Positions 23,476 through 33,123 of a stretch of 64,000 nt of DNA are shown piece by piece. The notes beneath the pieces were generated by a model, which was given only the letters and a program-made list of their open reading frames with translations, searched no databases and was not told the origin of the DNA. The position numbers were made by a program, and so were the translations under genes. Every line of letters begins with the position of its first letter. Position 1 is the stretch's first letter. Origin of the DNA: Amoebophrya sp. A120 (lineage: Eukaryota > Protista > Dinoflagellata); contig CAJINV010000012.1 in NCBI GenBank assembly GCA_905178155.1, positions 553,271 through 617,270 on the forward strand, given 5' to 3'.

Positions 23476-26400
23476 ATGTGGGACGTGGGACGAGCTCGGT
23501 CGTGAAGCATCAACGGGGGAAACCGTAAGAAAATCACTATGCATCTCTTGCGTGGTCCGCTGATGCTCGGCTTCTTGTGCGGCAGCATCTACTTCTACTT
23601 CTTCAAGCATTGAGCCCGCAGTTGCGGACGTCGTGTTGCGGACGTCGTGTGAGGGAACTGGAGGCCCCGGTGCAGCGGTTAACTCATCTAGTGGTACTTC
23701 CAGCAGATCGGGTAGGTCATCTAGTACTACTAATACTTGGCCCTGACCACGAACAGCTCGAAAAAGTTCCTGTTGCGCTGCCCGTGCAACAGCAACCAGA
23801 GCTTGTTCTTCAGTATGTTGATCTCGTCCATCTGCATCCCCGACTACACTTCTGGAAGAAGTTCTGCTACGCGAAGCAGAGTTTTTTCTTCCTCTGGATT
23901 TCCTACTCGAAGAGCGAGATCGTCGAGAAGAGGAGCTTGTTCTGCAAGGCGAATTTCTGCTTGCCGACCTTCCTCGCGGAGTAGGTGGGGTGGTTCTTAG
24001 GCGCACGCCATGTAGTTGATTTTGATCGCCACTGCTGCTCGCAGCTCCCCCACTGCTGATGCACCCTGTACCTGTTCCTTGGGCTTCTGGATCTTGAGCC
24101 GGGCGATGGATAAAGCTTGAGCTGCTTTGGCTCTGCTCCCGTGCTGCTGCTGCTGCTGCTCCCTGCTCCTGCTGCGCCATCGTAGCGTCACGACACTGCG
24201 TTTCGTCTTTCTGTATTCCCGGTTTCGGTTTTGCACTAATATTGTTGCGCCCCTGGGCGAAGAACTCCCGCGAAGGATATCCTCCCGGCGTCCATCCATT
24301 GTAGTTACGGTCCCTTTATGCATTGGAAATATGTTCTTTGGGTCTGGATTTATCGGATCATCTGGAAGACACCAAGATCTGTATTAATGCGTAAGTACGA
24401 CTCGACTACGATAGTTGGCCTCCAGCACATATTTTTATTTTGCCGTGCTGGATGAACATGAAGCCAGTTTGTGATGCGTTTTACGAATGAATCTGCAATA
24501 AGCCTCGCAGAGCAACTTTTGAAGATGCGGATGCAGTCATGCCGTACAGGCGGCCACTGTGCTGCAATCCAGGTATCAACAGCGAGGAAAGTACTAGAAG
24601 TTTCCAGACCCAGACATATTTGCATTGCATACCCCGGAGAGATACGCCATCGTTTGTTTTCTTCTTTCCAGAAAGGCCCGCTGCTCTTCTTGTTGGTGCT
24701 GCTCGGCAGCACCTGTACCGTTGCAAGGAGGTGTTGAGTCGGAAATAAAGAAGTCCTGCTGCTGCTCCTGGTGCCGGGCAGGCGCGCCAAAAAGGCCAGA
24801 AGAATCGGAAGAGCGCCTACGTGCAATCGTGTTTTTGTCAGGACCTTCTAAATCTAAGTAGTCACTCAGCCTCACGACCCTCACAACACTCGTATCGTTC
24901 CGGTCCGTGGAAGACTCGCTTCGACCGAGGCTGGTGCGCCGGGCTGCCGAATTGCTGCCAGACTCCACGGGGGTCCTCGAGAAATCTATTGTGGTCGAAG
25001 CGCTTGTGACGCCAGAATTTGGACCTTCTGAACCTTTATTGATCCTGCCAGGCTGATGCGGTAAGAAGACACGACCCGGGGGATATATAGGCGGAACCGA
25101 CCCCCCGTGAACCAGAGTACAGCCAGGACGAGCCGTTGGCACTGCACAATTGGGCGCTGGAATGGCCGTACTAGCAGTCGCTCCTGCTTCAGTCAAATGC
25201 GCCGGAAAATGTGGCACAGACACAGAGGCTGTTCCGGTATCATAGCGGCCAACAAGGTAATTACTTTCCGACCCCGGCGTTTTCTCCACCAACTCGCCGT
25301 TCCGCAGTACTCTGCTCGGCCGGCTGTGGGTCCGTTGATGTCCTCCCCCGTAGGGCCCTCGCCGCTGGAGCGGTTCCAGACCTTGTGTGTGTGTATGAAA
25401 TGGCGTGAATTGTGGACCTTGGTCTTGTCCGAATGGCGGCGTTCGTTCAGTGTCGCGGACCAGCTCGCGAACTCGATTAGGATTATGTAGAAGTGGACTG
25501 TTAAAACCGTCTGGCGTGTCTCCAAACAACGCCGGCAATGGCGAATGATCATCGAAATATCTTTTCGTCGGTGGTGGGGTTGTATACCTTGCGTGGTTCG
25601 TCTGAGAGGCACTTTCCTCCCGGCGTCCGTCAAGCTCAAGAACTTCCTTTTTCCCCCGGTCCGCCGCCAGAGGAGATTCGGTAGCAGGAGTTGGATTTTT
25701 ATTAACACGAGGGGATGTCGAACCACGAGCGCCCCCGCCGCGGCCCGTCACCAACGGATCACGATCTTCGACTTCTTGTCCAGCCTGGACCTGCGTTTGG
25801 CTTCGCAGAGCTGCCCGGGGGGTTTTTGTTGAAACGTCTTCGCTAAATTCCGCCTCGATTCGGCGCCACAACAGGTCGGCGATATTATATCGATTTTCAT
25901 CTTCTAGTTCTACTGACAGCAGCACCCCCGCCGCCAGATGCTGCATACCACCCGGGAGGAACTCCGGCTGTGCCACTGGTTCTTGACCTTCTTTAATATC
26001 CCTCGCTCCGCTACTTGAAGGAACGGAAGCACCACCGCACGCTGGAGCTGCGAAGCTCCGCCTCCAGGCCTCCAGCTGCCGATGGGCGGGCGACACCCGC
26101 AGCTGCCCGTTCATGATGAATGAATCCGAGCGAAACTGCCCGTTTGCGTCTCCTTGCCGGAAGACTTCCTTCACGCTACGAAGAGAGCCGCAGAGGTGAT
26201 CCGCAACGGTGGTTCCGTATTGTTCCAGCAAAATAGAAGGCGACAGGGTATGATGTTGGCTCAGTTTTTTCAAAAATTCGCGAGAGTAAGAGAGCAAGAT
26301 TTGATGTCGTGGTCCCTGCTGTTCCGCATAATTCTTCATATCTTCGCGGTGAAGTTGATTGCAGTAAAGCTCTCGGTTCTCGTACGCGCGCCGAAAGAAG

Positions 26401-27223
26401 GTCAAAATCTCCTTTCGGGTTAGAAACTGCTCCTCCGGGCTGCGAGACGAAAAAGGCACAAAGTCCGGGTCCTGCCGTGAAAGCCGGGGGTGGCGATCCA
26501 GCTTATTTCCCACACGCCGCTTGGAAGTGATATGAACAGCCACCAGACGTCGCATGAGCAGCTCCTGTTGTAGCTCTTGAGTCGTACGTTGGTCAACATC
26601 TACTGTGGCCGCGTCACCGCTGGTAAGAAATTCCAAAAGATCTCGCTCGGTACCGCACACATTCTCCCTTGCAAACCGGATACCGTTATCAACAGCCCAG
26701 CCTGCCTGAGCGTCTATTTTAATTTCTTGCGACCTCGTCGTGCGCACGGCTGCTTGACGCTGCTGCTGTACTTCTGCATCACGATAACTACGCAATAGAA
26801 CGGCAATTTCGGGCTCAGACTTTACAGCTCCTGCAGACCACGGGCAGCTGGCAGCGAGTGCTATGGAACTGTCAGGATTGAAATTAACAAAGTTGAAATA
26901 ATTTGTGATGCATAAAATCTATACCAGTGAGTTGGACCCACAGTTTCCAATCGGCGCATGACAAATTTTCCTGGCCTCTGAAGCAAGTCTGTCATGCTGT
27001 TTAGGGCAAGACTGCTGCTCCCTGTCATGCTAGTCAGCAGCCCAATTCTTGACCCTTACCAGCACTAGAATCTGCCTCCCTTGCGCCTTCAGCAATAGAG
27101 TCAGTCTTTGTGTCGCATTTTATGCATGGCAAATCATCTCAACTTTGTCGATTTCAACTCTGACACATCCATAAGTGCTGCGACTACGCTAAGCAGCGGC
27201 ACCGCAGACTGAGAATAAACCAT
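23353..27223 (-). CDS. Putative secreted protein, 3 exons (27223-27174, 26856-24632, 24311-23353); paralog of 29066-31687
   Basis: Removing two TIR elements gives one frame starting with signal-peptide-like MVYSQSAVPLLSVVAALAASCPWSAGA and joining YLSG|DRNYNG into ORF 23353-24180. Confidence 0.8.
24317..24631. mobile_element. TIR introner, family A (degenerate)
   Basis: Ends TATGCATTGGAAATATGTTCTTTGGGTCTGGA ... TCCAGACCCAGACATATTTGCATTGCATA; flanks CCCTT/CCCCG; frame restored. Confidence 0.85.
26862..27173. mobile_element. TIR introner, family E (~57-bp TIRs)
   Basis: TATGGAACTGTCAGGATTGAAATTAACAAAGTTGAAATAATTTGTGATGCATAAAAT with an imperfect inverted copy at the right end; perfect AGTGC duplication; frame restored inside the signal peptide. 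Confidence 0.9.
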
Positions 27224-29065
27224 CTTCCGGATCGGGGAAGCGGTTAGATTTTTAGCAGAAATCTTCATTGCAATACTTACAACTAGTAGAGATGAAGAGA
27301 GCTGTTCTTGTGAAGGATTTTCGGTAAAAAATCGAGAGAGAATTATGTGAAAGAATGTCGAAGCTGCGGTCAATTTTCTTTGAAGATTTTTGGAAGCTAC
27401 GCTTCTTAGGATTTGACGAAATTTGGCCTTACACTTATACTTTCGGTAAAAAATTCTTTGTTGTACAGAGTTGATGTCGAAGGAATTTTCTAGAAAAAAA
27501 CAATTATGACAAAGTACGTGGCTCTTCGTTGGGTAGTATTATATCACTTTGAAGCAAATAAATACAGAATGCGAACTCAAGGTGGTATAAAAGCCAACGA
27601 ATCAAAAAAAAAGTGTCGTTTAGGATTGCTGTCCAATTCTGGGGATTGCTGTCCAATTCTGGTTCAATGAAAAATAACGTTGATATGTGCTCTACGTCTA
27701 CTTCGATGTTCGAAAAAATGATAGAAAGTTGTATATGACTGCAGCACCCTAAAAGTCGTGTTCTTGTAATGTAAGTAGCAAACTCGTCTCTCTTTCTCTC
27801 TGCTCCGACGGCTATCGCTATGTTTCGAGGTTAGGTCAAGTCTTGAACTGTCCAGTCACTATATAATCGATGCTGACTTTGTTTTTTGCGAAAATGGTAG
27901 GTAAGCAACAGAAGAGATTTCAGAAAATTGATCTGGTTTAATTTGTTCAGAGGTCGCTTATTTTTTCATCTTCAGCTGCAAACTGGAACCAGTCGACGTG
28001 CAATTTTTGTGCAAACCGAGTTGATGCATTCCACTCATTGGCGGGCAAGATCTTCTATTTCGGGTAGATTTATTGTTTCACGAAGAACCGATGCTCAGCA
28101 TGATACCACGATGTTGATCCACACAAACACAATTTACAGAGCGTATAATTTTTCCTTGAAAAGCGTCGATGTGAACGCTGTGACCCTTCCGTTCGTCGCT
28201 GTGATCCTTTATATATAATTTCTGCGAGATCTCGTCAGATTCTATTTCAATCTGCGCGGACCATTATTTAGATGACCGGATTATTTCGCTCCGAGAACAC
28301 CTTTCTCTAGCGGGCTTCTTGCGGCAGCTCTGCAGCTTTTCCGATTATATTAGGTTGAGTTTTACTGGGTCATTCTAAATTTTCATTCTGCAGCTCCAGC
28401 AATACTTCTCATTCCAGGAGCTCCTGTTGTGGCGAAGAACTTCTTCACCAAATATTAACCTCTCACGTACTCGATCACTTTCGCAGACATCTTCACGAAC
28501 TTACATAATTTCTTCAGGCATCATCATGTTCTTTGGGGCGCTACTTTCTAAATCTCATCTGAGCTGTGACTAAGAACTCCCTAGCATGGAATTAGAGCAA
28601 ATGCAATACGGGCAATCGCAATGCACAGGAATATTTAAAGACAGAAAGACGTCGTCGTGCAGCATGGTACTTACTTTCGGATTTTTTAAAGATAAATCAA
28701 GGGAACGGCATTCAACTTCTTCGCAGCACATCGATACCAAGGGGATACGGATGCGGATCTACTTAAGTAAAGAATGTGTTATGCCACAGCTCGTGGCCGA
28801 TCTTACAAGATGATGATGAACTACTAGTACAACACTGATACTGATAGATTACTCTGATGTAAGTACAAATCGTCTATCTAAAGTCGCAAATTACAAAACT
28901 ATCAAAAGGATTCCTCTCCTTCATTTTCCGTCACTATTTTCTCGAAGGATTTTTCCAGTCAAGTATGAACGAAACCTTTCTCACCCGTCGTGGGTCGCGA
29001 TGAGCTTCTGCCCAGCACTTCTCCACGGAAACCTGGTTTCATGACATGATCTTCGTGTAGGACTA

Positions 29066-31687
29066 CTACATCCGCCCCGCTGGGCGCCGTTGACGCTGCG
29101 GCCAATTGACATGATCGTGCGGCCACTGAAGACCCAATGCAGATTCGAGGTCTGTGGCCAAGCTGTAAGAACTTCTAAATTCGGGCGTACTAACACAGAA
29201 TTCCTGCACCGGACTTGGGATGTTTGCAGCATCGGGGGATAACTCGGCGAAGTTTTTGCAACAGTCGCAGGCTCGTCCGTAAGAGGCCGCCGTTGTACTT
29301 GTTTTAGCAGCTCCACAGCCTTCCTGTCGCGGCTTTTCACAAGCACAAGAATCGGCCTCACCCTCCCCGTCCAGATTTATTACATCCAGCTCTGGAACAT
29401 CAAACCCACATGTCGTGTGGTAGTACTTCTGTGTAGTTGTATCCCTGGAACAAGAATCATGCGGCTGTTTAATAAGCTCTTGCGCTTCATCTTCGTGGTC
29501 GTGGCCGGCCGTACTAGCTGCCATTGCAGTTGTTGCCCAGCCAGCTGGCGAGGCAGAAACGAAAGTAGACTCCGGCACTGCCGCCGAGGAGGACTGAACC
29601 TCCGGCGAGGACGTGGGCCTCGAAAATCCGGCAGGCGTTGGTCTTCGTGGTTCATGCCGAGGTGGAAATCGAAAAGCTCCACCAGCTGAAAAAGGGGTCG
29701 CGCCAGACAATGAAGGAGCCACAGGCTCTTCTTCTGCGGTTGTAGAAGCGGAGCTGTAAAAATGTTCATTGCCTTCTTGCGTTCGAGCTTCCCCTTTCGC
29801 CGCCGCTTGTTTAGTAGTTTTCATCTGTCTTATCTCGCGCAATTGCTCCTCTTCCTCCTGTCTCGCGAGTTCGTGTTCCTTACGCAGATCGTTGCCCGCT
29901 CGGTCTTGAAAAGCCTTTACCACAACGTCAAACACCTGCCCTCCGGTCTCGCTCCAGTAATTACCCGTGGTTGGATGTTTCCCGCCGAAAGCGCGCTCCA
30001 AACCACTAAGTAATTGTTCGCGCCCGGAATAAATATGACACGGCTCCTCTACTGTTGGTACAAATTCCTCCATTTGTTCTGCCCGTTTGAACACTGCCAG
30101 GACATTTTGAATCGTGCCGCGCTGCAAGTCCGCCACGTTCGTTGAAAAATTCCGCCAGGTTTCCTGGTCTTGCAGCCGCTCCAGAAGCCACCGCAGGGCG
30201 TCGTCCCCGTAGAAGTGATCTTCTTGATGTTTCCTCATCATCTTTTCCAGTTTGGGCAGAATTTCTTCCTTCATAAAAACGCTCTTCTGGTGCAACAGCA
30301 TCTGGTGCAACAGCATCTCTTCTCCGTAGGGTGTCAGCCGCGTCGTTGACGAAGTTTTCTTCATCTCGTCCACGGAAAAATCTCCGCTTTCTTGATTTCG
30401 AAAAGCTTCTGTATTAAAAATACTCCGATACACCTGATCAAACCGCTTCAAAATATCTTTGCGACTCAAGAAGGCTTTGCATGGTTCCAGTTTTCCTCCC
30501 AACGCGGGCGCGCCACACAACAAACCGGGCTCCCGATCCGAACTTACGATCCCATCCTGGCCCAGTTTGCGCACTAAAGTAACGGAAACGAGTTTTCGGA
30601 TCACTTTCCCGATTATCTCGTGCTCGTCGGCCTCGCGGGCAGATTTTTGGAAGGCCAAGGGACTTCCCAAAATCTCATTCTGCAAAACCCTTCTCCTCGC
30701 TTGCAATCTCCCCAACCCGTTTTCAAACGCCTGCTCGCCGTTCCGGGAGACTGGTTTTCCCGTATCCCTAACCGTCTTGATGACGAACTCATTACCGGCA
30801 TCGGGTGGCGACGTCACTGGTTGCGGCCGTACGAGCCTGTAGAGGTCCCATTCCGTGCCGCAAAACTGCGACTCTAAAAAGTTGATCGCGAAGGCTTTGT
30901 TTTCGTTCTGCTGGTAGGCGACGTAAGAATTTTTATCGGCTTCTGGTTGTTGGGGGTTGGAGGTAGGTTTATTTTGTGCGGACGACGAAAATCGCTGCCA
31001 CAGATTTGAGATCAGCGCCCCAATCTCTGATGTGGGCACAGTGGTGCTAGAGCTAGTGCTCTGCGGCTTTTGCTGCGATGATTCCTTAGCAGCAGGAGGA
31101 CCACCAGCAGCACGCTTCGTATTCGAACCTAGAAGTTGTCCAGGAACGGTTTCTGCCTTTTCCAGGTACTGGTTCCCAGCCGCACGGTAGGCGTCGCCAG
31201 AACTGCGAGCTGTGGTCTGGGAGGTGGTACTAGGTACAACCGACTGCGGGACCTGCTGCGCTATGCCATTGCCCGCTCCGGCGCGAGGACCACTCGGGAC
31301 AACACGAAAAACTCGGCTGTGGCTGTCATCTGCTGGCACGCCTCCTTTCCCGTGGCCCTTGTTACCACCAAGCCGACTTTTCGTCTTGCCCTTGCCCCCT
31401 CCTTTCGGCAGTTTCAAGGCTGGTGTTACAACAGTGGTGGAAAATGCTACGAAGAAAAGGATACGGACAGAGCGTCGAACTGCAGCAATTGACAAAACGC
31501 TGAAGGGACAACTTTCGAGCATCGACATGATGTACGTTCTTGTGCTGTAGAAGTAAATACACACGGCTAAAGTTGTAAATCCGAAAACAACTTTAGCCGT
31601 GAAAAGTTCTTCGGGATGTTGAACAAGGGAAATAGCTGTAGTACCTGGTTTGCTTCGTCGCACTAAGTAAGTACTATATGGAATCAA
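29066..31687 (-). CDS. Putative secreted/membrane hypothetical protein; start uncertain
   Basis: 873-aa ORF with hydrophobic N-terminal segments; shares CGTExDL, FL(S/T)RKxIL and VAD..G....V..VF blocks with the adjacent gene. Confidence 0.85.
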   Translation of the reverse strand: MIPYSTYLVRRSKPGTTAISLVQHPEELFTAKVVFGFTTLAVCIYFYSTRTYIMSMLESCPFSVLSIAAVRRSVRILFFVAFSTTVVTPALKLPKGGGKGKTKSRLGGNKGHGKGGVPADDSHSRVFRVVPSGPRAGAGNGIAQQVPQSVVPSTTSQTTARSSGDAYRAAGNQYLEKAETVPGQLLGSNTKRAAGGPPAAKESSQQKPQSTSSSTTVPTSEIGALISNLWQRFSSSAQNKPTSNPQQPEADKNSYVAYQQNENKAFAINFLESQFCGTEWDLYRLVRPQPVTSPPDAGNEFVIKTVRDTGKPVSRNGEQAFENGLGRLQARRRVLQNEILGSPLAFQKSAREADEHEIIGKVIRKLVSVTLVRKLGQDGIVSSDREPGLLCGAPALGGKLEPCKAFLSRKDILKRFDQVYRSIFNTEAFRNQESGDFSVDEMKKTSSTTRLTPYGEEMLLHQMLLHQKSVFMKEEILPKLEKMMRKHQEDHFYGDDALRWLLERLQDQETWRNFSTNVADLQRGTIQNVLAVFKRAEQMEEFVPTVEEPCHIYSGREQLLSGLERAFGGKHPTTGNYWSETGGQVFDVVVKAFQDRAGNDLRKEHELARQEEEEQLREIRQMKTTKQAAAKGEARTQEGNEHFYSSASTTAEEEPVAPSLSGATPFSAGGAFRFPPRHEPRRPTPAGFSRPTSSPEVQSSSAAVPESTFVSASPAGWATTAMAASTAGHDHEDEAQELIKQPHDSCSRDTTTQKYYHTTCGFDVPELDVINLDGEGEADSCACEKPRQEGCGAAKTSTTAASYGRACDCCKNFAELSPDAANIPSPVQEFCVSTPEFRSSYSLATDLESALGLQWPHDHVNWPQRQRRPAGRM

Positions 31688-32195
31688 TGTCAGACTGTCT
31701 AAATTCTAATTCTATGTAGATCGCACTAAAGATTTGTCTAGAAAATACGAAAGTCTCAGTGGAGTGTTAGACGCGGAAGTGTACGTAATAATATGGTGTT
31801 GAATATCTTCTGCTTCGGGTTCGGGTCCTGTCTGTTGAGTTTTTTAGCATAATTGAAAATTTTATGTGTCGTCGGTCGCGGTAGGGAATTTCCGTTCGTG
31901 TACTGTACAACTTTGAATGGTGGATGACATCAATTCATCACCTAGTCGTCCAGAACTTTGTTCAGGTTGAAACTGATCCTCCACATTTATAATATTTCAT
32001 CGACTTTCTGCTACAACTCAATCTCGAACCGACCGATCGCGTCACAGGGAAAAGGAATGAAACCGAAATTATGCTGAAGCTGATCATGATCTCGATTTTT
32101 GTTGTCTTTCTGGCCATTCATCATATAGATACCAGCTTTGTTTCTTATTTTGTAGTTTTCAACGCAAACAAAGCAACTCCACTGATCTTTTGTTT

Positions 32196-32387
32196 TCAGC
32201 AGGAGCTTAGCATCTTGTGGTCCTTGTCATCTTCTTCATGATCAGGGCCAAACAAACACCTCCTCACACCACGTTTCAGTTTCGAGGGTTTTCGACGAAG
32301 AGGGCGGGCAGGCCGAGTGTACTTACTAGTAATTCTGACAAATTGCTCAGTGTTGTTCCCAAGCTTTGACTGACTATGAATGTCCAT
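32196..32387 (-). CDS. Short ORF with Cip/Kip-like cyclin-docking motif
   Basis: 63-aa ORF containing VRRCLFGPDHEE; coding status unsupported otherwise. Confidence 0.3.
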   Translation of the reverse strand: MDIHSQSKLGNNTEQFVRITSKYTRPARPLRRKPSKLKRGVRRCLFGPDHEEDDKDHKMLSSC

Positions 32388-33123
32388 AATATGTCAGCGG
32401 TAATTTGGTGCTCTGGTGGTGTCGACCCACTGTTACACGGCGCAACCCCCGGCGAAACACGACCAGAAAACGCATCTGAGTCTGAATCTGAATTTGGTGG
32501 TACTGACGTGGCAAAAAAAAATGACCAAGCGAAGCAAATCCTTTACGCAATCTACTGTGCTGATCACGCATAAATCCGCGTGATGAAGAGTTTTTCCGCT
32601 GTAGCATAACGTAAACACAAGCTGTACTAGTACGTACGGGCACGGGCTCTAAACGGGGTTCTTTTCCGATGTAACCTCTTGCCGACTCGAACTAGTTACA
32701 GCTGTTAGGTTAGTTACTGCACTTCCACTTGCACTTCTCCGTGGAGGAAATAAAAATACTCTAGGTACTTAGTACCGCAAAGAGATGTCGATGTCGAAAG
32801 GCTAGTACAACGGGAACTGAGTGCCACGGGAAAGTAGCGTAAATACAGCATATTACAGAGCGGGCTTGCGGTTGCGCAGGTCACCGCGTCATTTTGCGCA
32901 CGTAGCAATGTAAAACAATCAATGATTTCGATAAAAGCCTACTTTAATTATTTTCAAACGACCAATTGCAAATCTACCAACTTTTCCATTGGAGACAGAT
33001 GTGAGTGAGGTTAAAAACAAAGAATAACCTCCCGCGGAACAGCGTCTACTTTGCACAATCATTGTTCATCAGGAGAAGTACTACTCACTGCGGCTGCACA
33101 CTGATGCTCCACACCATGACTAC

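Noticed and set aside
27623-27662. 2 x 20-bp tandem repeat GGATTGCTGTCCAATTCTGG
   Set aside because: Simple local duplication with no supportable function.
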